The notes beneath the pieces are model-generated. The model did no database searches. It worked only from the letters and a program-made list of their open reading frames with translations, and was not told the origin of the DNA. A stretch of DNA of 64,000 nt from positions 51,557 through 115,556 of the forward strand of contig JBDGTS010000020.1 of NCBI GenBank assembly GCA_042216675.1, given 5' to 3'. The position numbers and the translations under genes are program-made. The DNA is from Halobacteriaceae archaeon (GTDB lineage: Archaea; Halobacteriota; Halobacteria; Halobacteriales; Halobacteriaceae). This document shows, piece after piece, positions 1 through 9,871 of the stretch; position 1 is the stretch's first letter; each line of letters opens with the position of its first letter.

Positions 1-901
1 CCACGTCTCCATCCGCAAGCAGTCGCCCGAGGCGATGACGCCCGCGGACCTCGTGGCGCGCGACAGCGTCTCGCCCGGCCTCGTCGCCCTCCTCTGGATG
101 GCCTACGAACACCGGGGCGTCGTCCTGTTCTCGGGGCCGACGGGCGTGGGCAAGACGACGCTGATGAACGCCCACATGCCCTTTATCCCCTACGACGACC
201 GGCCAATCTCCATCGACGAGGGCTCCCGCGAGGTCCGTCTGCCACAGGAGACGGGCGTCTCGCTGACGACCCGCGACCACGAGAACGAGTACAAGCGCGT
301 CTCGATGGCCGACCTGATGACCGAGACGAACTACCTCAACCCCGACGTCGAGGTCATCGCCGAAATCAACACGCCCGAGTCGTTCGCGACGTTCGGCGAA
401 GTGCTGAACACCGGCCACGGCGTCGTGGGCACCACCCACGCCGAGGACGTGGACACGCTGATCAACCGCACCATCGAGCAGGGACTGCCGGCGTATCTCC
501 TTCGGGAGCTGGACCTCGTCGTGTTCCCCAAGCACGTCGACGACGAGCGATACGTCGGCGACGTCGTGGAGTTCGTGGACCCCGAGGCCGCCGATCTGCC
601 CGGCGCGGGCGGCCGGACGACGAAGGCCGGCGAGGACATCGTCTGGAACCGCGTCGCCCACCGTGACTACGACGGCGACTTCCACCTCGCGGGCGACGGC
701 GACGCGGACGCCATCCGCTTCTTCGACCGGGTGGCCCGCGCGACGGACCGCCCCGTCGCGGAGGCGGAGGCCGAGTTCGAGCGCAAGCGCCGCTACGTCG
801 AGTACATGGTCCAAGAGGGGATGACGGACTTCGAGGCCGTCTTCGAGTTCCTCTCGGACCTGCGCAACGAGGAGGCGGCGACGGTGGAGGGCCTGCGGTA
901 G
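1..901 (+). CDS. Type IV pilus/type II secretion ATPase (PilB/FlaI-like), 5'-truncated by the window edge
   Basis: Walker A GPTGVGKT, Asp box SIDEGSRE, Walker B-like VIAEI and His boxes GHGVVGTTHA. The frame is open from the window start (HVSIRKQ...). Confidence 0.9.
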   Translation, partial: HVSIRKQSPEAMTPADLVARDSVSPGLVALLWMAYEHRGVVLFSGPTGVGKTTLMNAHMPFIPYDDRPISIDEGSREVRLPQETGVSLTTRDHENEYKRVSMADLMTETNYLNPDVEVIAEINTPESFATFGEVLNTGHGVVGTTHAEDVDTLINRTIEQGLPAYLLRELDLVVFPKHVDDERYVGDVVEFVDPEAADLPGAGGRTTKAGEDIVWNRVAHRDYDGDFHLAGDGDADAIRFFDRVARATDRPVAEAEAEFERKRRYVEYMVQEGMTDFEAVFEFLSDLRNEEAATVEGLR

Positions 902-967
902 CGGCGACAGATTGACGGTCCGCCGACGGGTGGTCACCGCCATGCGCGACCGGAGGCGAGCGAGGCC

Positions 968-2053
968 GTGACGGACGACGTACTGCGGCAGGGCCACGCC
1001 CAGACCCCCGCGGAAGCCGCCGCCGAACTCCGACAATTCCGCGAGTCGTGGGATTCGCTCGCGGAGTGGGAACGGCGGGCGGAGACGGTGCGCGCGGGCA
1101 TCCGCCGCGGCCTGAAGTTGCGCGACCCGCCCGAGAAGACGCCGCTCCGGCCCGAGCGCCACGACAGACGCGAGTACGACGGCTACGTCGTCGAGAACCT
1201 CGCCTTCGAGAGTGCGCCGGGATTCTACGTGACGGGGAGTCTCTACCGCCCCACCGACCACGACGGGTCGCTGGCCGGGATCCTCTGCCCCCACGGCCAC
1301 GGGGGGCGGTTCCTCGCCGAGCGACAGACGCGCTGTGCCGCCCTCGCGCGGATGGGCGCGACGGTGTTCCAGTACGACATGGTCGGCTACGGCGACTGGA
1401 GGGAGGCCGGCTGGGACCACGAGGAGACGCCCGAGGTGCTCCGCCTGCAGACGTGGAACAGCGTCCGCGCCCTCGACTTCCTGCAGTCGCTGTCGGCGGT
1501 GGACCCGGACCGAATCGGGATGACTGGCTGTTCCGGCGGCGGGACCCAGACGTTCCTCCTCGCGGCTCTCGACGACCGGGTGGCCGTCTCGGTGCCCGTC
1601 TGTCAGGTGTCGGCGCACTTCTTCGGTGGCTGTGCCTGCGAGAGCGGCATGCCAATCCACCGCGGCCCGGAGTACGTCACGAACAACGCAGAAATCGCGG
1701 CGCTCGCGGCCCCGCGGCCCCAACTCGTGATTTCCGACGGCGACGACTGGACGACGCACACGCCGGAGACGGAGTTCCCGTACATCGAGTCGGTCTACCG
1801 CGCGTACGGCGCCGCGGACGGAGTCGAGAACGTCCACCTCCCCGACGAGGGCCACGACTACGGGCCGTCGAAGCGCGCGGCGGCCTACCCGTTCCTCGCG
1901 ACCCATCTCGGCCTCGACGTCGACGCAGTGACGGACGCGGACGGCGAAATCGACGAGTCCTTCGTCACCACCGAGGACCGGGCCGACATGCTCGTCTTCG
2001 GCCCGGACAACCCCCGCCCGGACGACGCGGCGCCGCCGAACACCGCGCTGTAG
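968..2053 (+). CDS. Alpha/beta-hydrolase, acetylxylan esterase-like carbohydrate esterase
   Basis: Nucleophile elbow GCSGGG, CPHGH motif, C-terminal DW and GHDY (Asp/His) and no signal peptide. Confidence 0.8.
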   Translation: MTDDVLRQGHAQTPAEAAAELRQFRESWDSLAEWERRAETVRAGIRRGLKLRDPPEKTPLRPERHDRREYDGYVVENLAFESAPGFYVTGSLYRPTDHDGSLAGILCPHGHGGRFLAERQTRCAALARMGATVFQYDMVGYGDWREAGWDHEETPEVLRLQTWNSVRALDFLQSLSAVDPDRIGMTGCSGGGTQTFLLAALDDRVAVSVPVCQVSAHFFGGCACESGMPIHRGPEYVTNNAEIAALAAPRPQLVISDGDDWTTHTPETEFPYIESVYRAYGAADGVENVHLPDEGHDYGPSKRAAAYPFLATHLGLDVDAVTDADGEIDESFVTTEDRADMLVFGPDNPRPDDAAPPNTAL

Positions 2054-2848
2054 TCAGTCCGGCAGGTCCTCGACGGCCACCGGCGTCGCGTCGGCGCGGT
2101 GCGCCTCGAACATCTCGACGGCCCACGCGCGCACCGTCTCGTCGTCGGACTCCACGACGGCAGGGCGAGTACCGTCCTCGTCGGAGAGCATCAACACCAC
2201 CGTCTCGTCGGCTATCATCAGGTCCACCGGCACCGCGCGGTCCGTACGGAAGTGCTCGCCCTGTCCGCTCGCGGCGATGTCGCGGAGCCACGCCCGCATC
2301 TCCGGGTCGGTGGCGATGGCCGAGAGCGAGCGCTCGGCGTGGACGACGGCGAAGGACTGCTCGGACTCGGAGACGGCCTCGCGGTGGTGGCGGATGGCCG
2401 CCGGCTTGGCCGTCCGAGAGAGGACGCGCACCGCGTCGGCGTCGGCCATCACCGACGCGTAGCGGCGCGCCGGGGCCGTCGGGTCGGCAGGGTCGGCCTC
2501 GGTGACCGTCGCGTCCGCGAACGCCCGGAAGTCCACGTCGATGGCGTCGGTGGGAAGCAGACCCAGAACATCGCGGAACCGCCGGCCCACGGCGGCGGAG
2601 TCCAGCAGTCGCGAGAGGTCCTCGGCGAGGAGGCGGCCCAGCGGCGTCACGCGGTAGGTGTCGCCGTCGCGGACCGCCCAGTTGCGGTCGGTGAAGTCGC
2701 CGAGGATGCGGCCGACGGTGACCCGCGAGGCGCCCGTCGCGTCCACGAGGTCGGTGCGCGTCCGCGGACCGTCGGCGAGTTCGCGCAGGACCGTGACGCG
2801 GTGGGCCGAGCGGGTGAGAAAGGCCACGTCCTCCAGCGAGTCGCTCAT
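2054..2848 (-). CDS. Winged-HTH transcriptional regulator (haloarchaeal ArsR/FilR1-middle-domain type)
   Basis: N-terminal FLTRSAHRVTVLREL...ASRVTVGRIL HTH and C-terminal VESDDETVRAWA motif typical of this family. Confidence 0.8.
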   Translation of the reverse strand: MSDSLEDVAFLTRSAHRVTVLRELADGPRTRTDLVDATGASRVTVGRILGDFTDRNWAVRDGDTYRVTPLGRLLAEDLSRLLDSAAVGRRFRDVLGLLPTDAIDVDFRAFADATVTEADPADPTAPARRYASVMADADAVRVLSRTAKPAAIRHHREAVSESEQSFAVVHAERSLSAIATDPEMRAWLRDIAASGQGEHFRTDRAVPVDLMIADETVVLMLSDEDGTRPAVVESDDETVRAWAVEMFEAHRADATPVAVEDLPD

Positions 2849-2885
2849 GGGCCCCGTTGCCGGAGATGGCGCTTCAGCCTTCCGC

Positions 2886-3815
2886 TCACGCCACCTGCGT
2901 CAGCGCCACCCCGGCGACGATGGCGACGACCGCACCGAGGAGGCGCGGGGACCGAGGGGGCGCCCCGGCGGCGGCGTAGGTGGCGCCGACCACGAGCAGC
3001 GGGTAGGTGTAGACGAGGGGCAACACGACCACCACGTCGCCGAGTCGGAGCGCCGCGAACTGACCGAGCCACGCCGCCGCGACGAGGGCGCCCGCGACGA
3101 CGAACGGGACGAGCGCGCGGGGACGGGTCCACACCGCGCGGGCCGTCCGGCGGCGGGCGGGCGAGACGACTGCCGCGCCGGCGAACACGACGGCCGCAGT
3201 GGTCTGGGTGACGGCCGTCGCGACGAGCGGTCGGGGGAAGCCCGCGAGGCCCCAATCCACGACGACGTAGCCGACGCCGACGGCGAGTGCCGCCCCGACG
3301 GGGTATGCGAACGCCCGGGGGTCGGCGTCACCGAGGGCCGTGAGGACCGGGTCGTCCGCGTCCGGGCCGGCCGATTTGCCGACGAACTGCAGGAGGGCGC
3401 CCCCGCCGACGACGGCCAGCAAGCCAACGGCATCGCTCACCGGGAGCGGTGCGCCGAACGCGACGACGGCCAGCGCCACGGCCACGACGGGGTTCGCGGT
3501 GACGACGGCCGCGGAGACGGACGGCCCCACCCGGTCGATACCCGCGTAGTAGAGCAAGCGGAAGGCGGCGGGGTAGAGGACGCCCGCGGCGACGAAGGGA
3601 CGGAGGCGAGCGGGGTCGGCCGGGAGCGAGGCCCCCCGGACGAGCGCCACCCCCCAGAACGCGACGAGGCTGACGACGACGGAGACGAGGGCCGCCGCGA
3701 ACGCGGGGGCGTCGAGGTCCGACGCCCCGTCGAGGCCCCGCCCGACGACGAGTGCCTGCAGGCCGAAACAGCACGCGGTGAACAGCGAGAGCGCCACGAC
3801 GAGGTCAGCGGTCAT
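2886..3815 (-). CDS. EamA/DMT family transporter
   Basis: About 10 hydrophobic segments in two repeats (GIDRVGPS...NPVVA; ALRLGDVVVV...YPLL). Start re-called at ATG 3815. Confidence 0.8.
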   Translation of the reverse strand: MTADLVVALSLFTACCFGLQALVVGRGLDGASDLDAPAFAAALVSVVVSLVAFWGVALVRGASLPADPARLRPFVAAGVLYPAAFRLLYYAGIDRVGPSVSAAVVTANPVVAVALAVVAFGAPLPVSDAVGLLAVVGGGALLQFVGKSAGPDADDPVLTALGDADPRAFAYPVGAALAVGVGYVVVDWGLAGFPRPLVATAVTQTTAAVVFAGAAVVSPARRRTARAVWTRPRALVPFVVAGALVAAAWLGQFAALRLGDVVVVLPLVYTYPLLVVGATYAAAGAPPRSPRLLGAVVAIVAGVALTQVA

Positions 3816-4007
3816 ACACGAACCGAAGGACCGACGCCGGATGGTGATTCCCGGCGAACACGGTTCGCGGTCGGGTGGGACGACGGCCGCTGAAGGACGT
3901 TCACGGCGTGAATCAGACGCGATTTCGTATCGCGGAGAACGGTTTATTGGGCCGGTCCCGGCGCGGGACGGCCAACTGTTTTGGCACTCGGTCGCACACG
4001 TCACGGT

Positions 4008-4898
4008 ATGGAGACGCGACCACTGGGCGACACGGGCCACGACAGTTCAATCGTCACCTTCGGCGCCATCGCGCTCGATTCGCTGACGCAGGCGGACGCG
4101 AACGCGATGGTGGACGACGTCCTCGACGCCGGCGTCAACCACGTCGACGTGGCGCCGTCGTACGGCGACGCCGAACGGAAACTCGCGCCGAAACTCGCGG
4201 AGCGACGCGACGAGGTGTTTCTGGGCTGTAAGACACAGGAGCGCTCCTACTACGGCGCGTGGGGGTCGCTGGAACGCTCGCTGGACCGCCTCGGCGTCGA
4301 CAAAATCGACCTGTACCAGTTCCACGCCGTCACGCGCTACGACCAACTCGACGCCATCACGGGCGACGCGACGCGCGACCGCGGCGAGGGGGACCACGGC
4401 GGCGCCCTCGCGGCGTTCAAAGAGGCACAGGAGGAGGGCCTCATCGACCACGTCGGCCTGACGAGCCACGGCGACCCGAGCGTCATCCGGAGCGCGATGG
4501 ACCGCATCCCCGAACTGGAGACGGTGATGTTTCCGTTCAACGCGACGCTGGACGCGAAGGAAGGGCCGGAACACGACTACCGCGCGGTCCTGGACGACGC
4601 ACGGGAGCGGGGACTGGGCACACTCTGTATCAAGGCCTTCGCGAAGGGGCCGTGGCCGGAGGACGGCGAGCGGCCCTACGCGACGTGGTACGAACCGTAC
4701 GACGACCCCGACGACTTAGCGGAGTGCCTGCGCTACGCCCTCTCGCAGGGGATGACCTCGATTCCGAACGCGGGGGACCCGGCCCTCGTGGCGCCGATTC
4801 TGGAGGCGGCGAACCGCTTCGAGGAACTCCCCGCGGACGAGCAAGCGGCCGTGCGCGCCGACAGGGAGGACGACGACTCGCCGGTGCCCTCGCCCTGA
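4008..4898 (+). CDS. Aldo/keto reductase
   Basis: METRPLGDTG start, DVAPSYG, SLERSLDRLGVDKIDLYQFH and GLIDHVG motifs. Start re-called at ATG 4008. Confidence 0.9.
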   Translation: METRPLGDTGHDSSIVTFGAIALDSLTQADANAMVDDVLDAGVNHVDVAPSYGDAERKLAPKLAERRDEVFLGCKTQERSYYGAWGSLERSLDRLGVDKIDLYQFHAVTRYDQLDAITGDATRDRGEGDHGGALAAFKEAQEEGLIDHVGLTSHGDPSVIRSAMDRIPELETVMFPFNATLDAKEGPEHDYRAVLDDARERGLGTLCIKAFAKGPWPEDGERPYATWYEPYDDPDDLAECLRYALSQGMTSIPNAGDPALVAPILEAANRFEELPADEQAAVRADREDDDSPVPSP

Positions 4899-5202
4899 GT
4901 GCGTCCGCCGGAACAGAGTCACAGTCCGCCGGGCCCGCGCGTCGGGTCGACGTCATCCTGTTCGGGACGGTGGCTGTGTTTGGGTGCGTCCCAGAACGGG
5001 TTGTCTGGGCCAGGCCCGATTGCCACCATCGGGGACGCAGTGAGCAAACAGACGCGTGTGACGGACCGCTGTTCGTCCTCGCGGTCGGCCGGAGACTATC
5101 ACTGCCATCCCGCTCGAACAGGTCGGTTCGGACGGCTCCGGACCGAGAGCGCGACGCGGGGGAAACGTTTATACGCCCTCTATATGGGGTGACGCGCGGA
5201 TC

Positions 5203-6729
5203 ATGAACTCATCCGGCGGCGATTTCGAGAGGGGGGCACCGGAGAGTGGCGACGCGTTCCGGCGAGCGGTCGGCGATACCGTCGAGCACGCTCGGACGGT
5301 GATCGAGGACGGTCCCCACGACGCCACGTGGGACTCCCTTGAGACACACGAGGCGGCACCGGAGTGGTTCCGAGACGCCAAGTTCGGTGTGTACTGCCAC
5401 TGGGGGCTCTATTCCGTCCCCGCATTCGAGAGCGAGTGGTATCCGCGCTTCATGTACGACGCCGATCACGAGATTCACGACCGCCGTAGTCTGGACAACG
5501 ACGTCTTCGGGCATCACGTCGAGACCTACGGTCCGCCCGACGAAGCGCCCTATCAGGACTTCGCCGAGGACTTCACGGCGGAGAACTTCGACGCCGAGAC
5601 GTGGGCAGACCTCTTCGACGAGATCGGTGCGCGGTTCGCCGGTCCGGTCGCGGAACACCACGACGGCTGGTCGAACTGGGAGTCGGAACTCAATCCGTGG
5701 AACGCCGGCGACCATGGCCCGCACCGGGACCTGGTCGGTGCGTTGGAGACTGCTGTCCGGGACCGCGGACTGCGGTTCATGACCTCGTTTCACCACGAAC
5801 GAACGCGGGACCACTTTCAGGCAGCGTACGAGCATTACCCGTCTGTCATGGCTGAGTACCCGGACGAGGTCATGTACGGAAACCTCGACGACGACCTGTA
5901 CTTCGACTACTGGTTGGCCCGTCTAGTGGAAGTCATCGACGAGTACGCGCCGGATTTGATCTGGCACGACGCGGGGTTAGAGAAGATTCCGGAGAGCCAT
6001 CACCGCCAGTACCTCGCGTACTACTTCAACCGGTCAATACAGTCCGACCAGGAGGCCGTCGTCACCGCAAAGAACGAGGACTTGCCTCTCGGCGTCGCCG
6101 TGGAGGACTTCGAGCGTGGCCGACCCGCCGAACAACGCGACCGCCCGTGGCTCACGGACACCTCCATCACGACGAACGGGTGGGCCTATCTCGAAGACCA
6201 GTCTCTGAAGACGCCGCGGACGATCGTACACGAGCTGATCGACATCGTCAGCAAGAACGGCTGTCTCCTCCTGAACTTCGCGCCCAGACCGGACGGGACT
6301 ATCCCCGAGTCACAGAAAGATGTGTTGCGCGACGTCGGCGCGTGGCTGGACACGCACGGTGAGGCAATTTACGGGACGCGGCCCTGGACGACCTTCGGCG
6401 AGGGACCGACGAACTTGGATGGCGGGGGACACTTCCTCGACGACGTGGAGTACACCGCCGCGGACGTCCGCTACACGCGGTCCAAGGATGCCGACACGCT
6501 GTACGCGATCGTGATGGGATGGCCGGCCGACGTGACCGTCAACCTCGATTCGGTCACCATCGACGATGGAGCGGACGGCGACGTGGGGCTCCTCGGGGGA
6601 CCGGACGAACTCGACTACGAGAGTGACCGGGAGAACGGGCTGTCGATTACCGTGCCAGACCTCGACGCCACCGCGCGGCCCAGCGACGTGGCCGTGGTCT
6701 TCAAACTCGCTGGGTTCGGCGTGGCCTAA
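5203..6729 (+). CDS. Alpha-L-fucosidase (GH29)
   Basis: WFRDAKFGVYCHWG, AEHHDG, PDLIWHD (nucleophile Asp), DFERG and VSKNGCLLLN motifs. Confidence 0.92.
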   Translation: MNSSGGDFERGAPESGDAFRRAVGDTVEHARTVIEDGPHDATWDSLETHEAAPEWFRDAKFGVYCHWGLYSVPAFESEWYPRFMYDADHEIHDRRSLDNDVFGHHVETYGPPDEAPYQDFAEDFTAENFDAETWADLFDEIGARFAGPVAEHHDGWSNWESELNPWNAGDHGPHRDLVGALETAVRDRGLRFMTSFHHERTRDHFQAAYEHYPSVMAEYPDEVMYGNLDDDLYFDYWLARLVEVIDEYAPDLIWHDAGLEKIPESHHRQYLAYYFNRSIQSDQEAVVTAKNEDLPLGVAVEDFERGRPAEQRDRPWLTDTSITTNGWAYLEDQSLKTPRTIVHELIDIVSKNGCLLLNFAPRPDGTIPESQKDVLRDVGAWLDTHGEAIYGTRPWTTFGEGPTNLDGGGHFLDDVEYTAADVRYTRSKDADTLYAIVMGWPADVTVNLDSVTIDDGADGDVGLLGGPDELDYESDRENGLSITVPDLDATARPSDVAVVFKLAGFGVA

Positions 6730-6931
6730 GCGGGACCGCTCCGCCAGCGCCGCGGCCATTCGGACTCGACGGACGACCACCGGCTGGCGACCGGTTCCGA
6801 GACCGCCTGGACCGCAGATAGAAACCCTAACTGCTCAGGAGAGCGGGCCTAGTCCCGTCGCAGAGAGCCACAGCAGCGGGTCGCCGCGCCGCGTGACCCG
6901 CGTCGCTCCCGTCGGGTGAAGTCGCCGGCCG

Positions 6932-8401
6932 TCACTCGGAGCCGTACGGCCCGGCTCGGTCCGGCCACTCCTCGTGCGCTGGATTCTGCGCCGGGAACCG
7001 CGCGTCGACGTCATCTTGCCACTCGTGAAGCCGCCGTCGGAGGTCGTCGACCACCGCCGGGCGGTGGTCACTCAGGTCCCGCGCTTCCCGGACGTCCGCA
7101 CCGAGGTCGTACAGGGCTACGTCGTCAGTCTCGAAGAACTCGATGAGTTTCCAGTCCCCCGCGCGCACCGCCGCCGAGGGCGTTCCCCCCTGATTCCCGT
7201 AGTGTGGGTAGTGCCAGAAGACGGCGTCGCGGTCGAGGCCCACCGTGTCGTCTTCGAGCAACGGGCGAAGGCTCTCGCCGTCGATTGCTTGCCCCTCCGG
7301 GTTCGGAACGCCCGCCGCGTCGAGGACCGTCGGGTAAACGTCCGGACTGGTGACCGGCGTGTCCACCATCGCGGCACTCTCGCCCGCGTCTGTGACGCCC
7401 GGCCAGTGGACGATCATCGGCACGCGATTGCCACCCTCCACCATCCAGCCTTTCCCTTCGCTGAGCGGCCGGTTCGTCGTTGGGGACCCCTCTGACGTCG
7501 CCAGCCCCCCGTTGTCGGACGTGAAGATGACGACGGTGTCGTCGGCCTGTCCCGTTCGGTCGAGGGCGTCCAGCAGGCGACCGACGCACCTGTCGAGCGT
7601 CTCGACCATCGCGGCATAGACGGGGTCCGACTGGACGAGGCGGCGTCGTATCCGCTCCTCTCTCTTGCCTTCCGTCGGGAAGCGACCACCGAGTTCGAAC
7701 TCCTCGACCTCGTCGAGACCGAGCGCGCGTCGCTTTCGCTCGTACCGTTCGACGAGGTCGTCGGGCGCCTGGAGGGGCGTGTGAACGAGGTACGGGCTGT
7801 AGTTGAGGAAGAACGGGTCGTCGCTCTCGGCGTGGTCTTCGACGAGCGTCACGGCCTCGTCAGCGAGTCGGTGGGGCAGATAGGCGCCGTCATCGGCGCT
7901 CTCGTCGAGATTCGGGATCTCCCACGGTCGAAAGTAACCACCTTCCCCGGCCGGCATACCCCACTCGCAGCCGCCGACGTTGACGTCGAAGCCGTGGTCC
8001 TCGGGCCGACTGTCCTGCGACGCGCCGCCGAGGTGCCACTTCCCGACGTGATAACGCCTGTAACCGGCGTCGCTCAGTGTGGCCGCGAGCGTCGTCTCCT
8101 CGTGCGGGAGGTGGTCCGAGTACTCGGCGTCGACTAGTTTGCCCCGGGCCGGATGGGTCCGACCGTGGAAGTCGATCCAGTCGGTGACGCCGACCCGTCC
8201 CGGATAGTTCCCCGTCATGATGCTCGCACGGGTCGGTGAGCAGACCGGACACGACGCGTACGCGTCGGTGAAGCGCGTTCCGTCCCGGGCGAGTTGGTCG
8301 AGGTTCGGGGTCTCGTAAAATGGACTCCCGTAACAGCCCAGATCTCGCCAGCCGAGATCGTCCGCGGTGATACAGACCACGTTCGGCCGATTTGCGGCCA
8401 T
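6932..8401 (-). CDS. Sulfatase (S1, formylglycine-dependent, arylsulfatase-like)
   Basis: PNVVCITADDLG, CSPTRASIMTG (CxPxR), GKWHLG, SDNGG and GKG motifs. Start re-called at ATG 8401. Confidence 0.93.
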   Translation of the reverse strand: MAANRPNVVCITADDLGWRDLGCYGSPFYETPNLDQLARDGTRFTDAYASCPVCSPTRASIMTGNYPGRVGVTDWIDFHGRTHPARGKLVDAEYSDHLPHEETTLAATLSDAGYRRYHVGKWHLGGASQDSRPEDHGFDVNVGGCEWGMPAGEGGYFRPWEIPNLDESADDGAYLPHRLADEAVTLVEDHAESDDPFFLNYSPYLVHTPLQAPDDLVERYERKRRALGLDEVEEFELGGRFPTEGKREERIRRRLVQSDPVYAAMVETLDRCVGRLLDALDRTGQADDTVVIFTSDNGGLATSEGSPTTNRPLSEGKGWMVEGGNRVPMIVHWPGVTDAGESAAMVDTPVTSPDVYPTVLDAAGVPNPEGQAIDGESLRPLLEDDTVGLDRDAVFWHYPHYGNQGGTPSAAVRAGDWKLIEFFETDDVALYDLGADVREARDLSDHRPAVVDDLRRRLHEWQDDVDARFPAQNPAHEEWPDRAGPYGSE

Positions 8402-8795
8402 GTGCCCGACCCACCTCTGGGCCGCTGATAAATGTATGCCCAGGTGGCCCGAGCAGGGACGCGGGTTCGAGCCCCGAGCGAACCGTGCCCGAGACCGAGC
8501 GCGAGTCGCCACCGGCGGCCCCAGGACTTCGAGTGACGGACGAGCGCACGGCTCCCCGGGCCGAACCGACGATTCGGGGAGGAGGTCCGATGAGCGGCGA
8601 TTCGAGGCACCGGACGCGACCCGCCGCGCACCTCGCGGCGACGTCGAGTTCGAGCGGGACAGTCTCGAACCGACCGACGCCGGGAGGCGGCAGCGTCCGG
8701 ATGGACAGCCGAGGGACGGCTCCCGCGCCTGTCGCCCGGGTCCCCTGTCCATCGAATCGAACCGGAGAGGCTATGCAGTGGTGGCCTGTTACACG

Positions 8796-9746
8796 ATGCC
8801 TATGGACACGACGCTGATGCTACCCCCCGCCCCGGATCGGCGGTGGACGATCGCCCGACAACTCGGTATCGACACGGCAGTCGTCCGTTTCTGGGGGGTC
8901 GAGGAGTGGTGGACGTTCGACACGCTGTTGGAGACGCGCAACCGCTTTGCCGACCACGGGCTCTCCCTCGACGTGGTCGAGGACCGCCCGCCGATGGAAC
9001 GGACGGTGCTCGGAGAGCCGGGCCGCGACGAGGAGATCGAGACGGTCAAACGGCTCCTCCGGAACATGGGGACACTCGGCATCGACACCTACTGCTGGGT
9101 GTGGACCGAGAACCCACTGGGTGTCCTCCGGACCTCCCGGTCCGTCCCGTTGCGTGGGGACTCCCGGACGACTGCCTACGACCACGCCCAGCAACAACTG
9201 GCCGACGACCACCCGGCAGCGGACCTCACCGAAGAGGAGCTGTGGGACAACCTCCAGTACTTCCTCGACGAGGTCGTCCCGGTCGCCGAGGAGGCCGGCG
9301 TGAACATGGCGCTCCATCCGGACGACCCGCCGACGTCGCCGATCCGCGGCGTCCCGCGACTGGTCACGTCCGTCGAGAACTACGAGCGCATCCTGAGCAT
9401 GCACGACAGTCCCAACCACGGCGTGACGTTCTGTCAGGGCAACTTCGCGGCGATGGGGGCCGACGTTCCATCGGCCATCGAACAGTTCGGCGAGAAGATT
9501 CACTTCGTCCACTTCAGGGACGTGAACGGTGACGCCGACTCGTTCGTCGAAACGTGGCACGACGACGGCCCGACCGACATGAAGGCGGCTATCGACGCCT
9601 ATCGAGATGCGGGGTTCGACGGGCCGATCAGGCCCGACCACGTTCCGAAGATGGTCGGCGAGCAGGACCGGGACGAGGCGATGGCCGGCTACACGGACAT
9701 GGGCCGACTGTTCGCCGTCGGATACATCGAGGGCTTACTGGAGTAG
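8796..9746 (+). CDS. uxuA: Mannonate dehydratase (UxuA family)
   Basis: LWDNLQYFLDEVVPVAEEAGVNMALHPDDPP, FCQG, HFVHFRDV, RPDHVP and GRLFAVGY motifs. Start re-called at ATG 8796 (alternative 8802). Confidence 0.88.
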   Translation: MPMDTTLMLPPAPDRRWTIARQLGIDTAVVRFWGVEEWWTFDTLLETRNRFADHGLSLDVVEDRPPMERTVLGEPGRDEEIETVKRLLRNMGTLGIDTYCWVWTENPLGVLRTSRSVPLRGDSRTTAYDHAQQQLADDHPAADLTEEELWDNLQYFLDEVVPVAEEAGVNMALHPDDPPTSPIRGVPRLVTSVENYERILSMHDSPNHGVTFCQGNFAAMGADVPSAIEQFGEKIHFVHFRDVNGDADSFVETWHDDGPTDMKAAIDAYRDAGFDGPIRPDHVPKMVGEQDRDEAMAGYTDMGRLFAVGYIEGLLE

Positions 9747-9871
9747 CCGAGACCGTCGCCGGCGCAGACCGCGTCGCGTCGTCTCCGTCGGGCGCCGGGC
9801 CGTGACTCTGGACCGCGACCGTGGCGCAGACGCCCCACACTCTTATACGCGGCTTCGCGGATGGTCACGCC

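Noticed and set aside
4899-5202. ~300-bp spacer between the AKR and fucosidase genes as an ncRNA or small gene
   Set aside because: No convincing ORF, stable fold or repeat was seen, only TATA-like elements near 5168-5186.
8402-8795. N-terminal extensions of the sulfatase (to 8752) and UxuA (from 8367), and a possible gene remnant in this spacer
   Set aside because: The extensions are low-complexity and overlap each other, and family motifs begin at 8401 and 8796. No assignable remnant was found.
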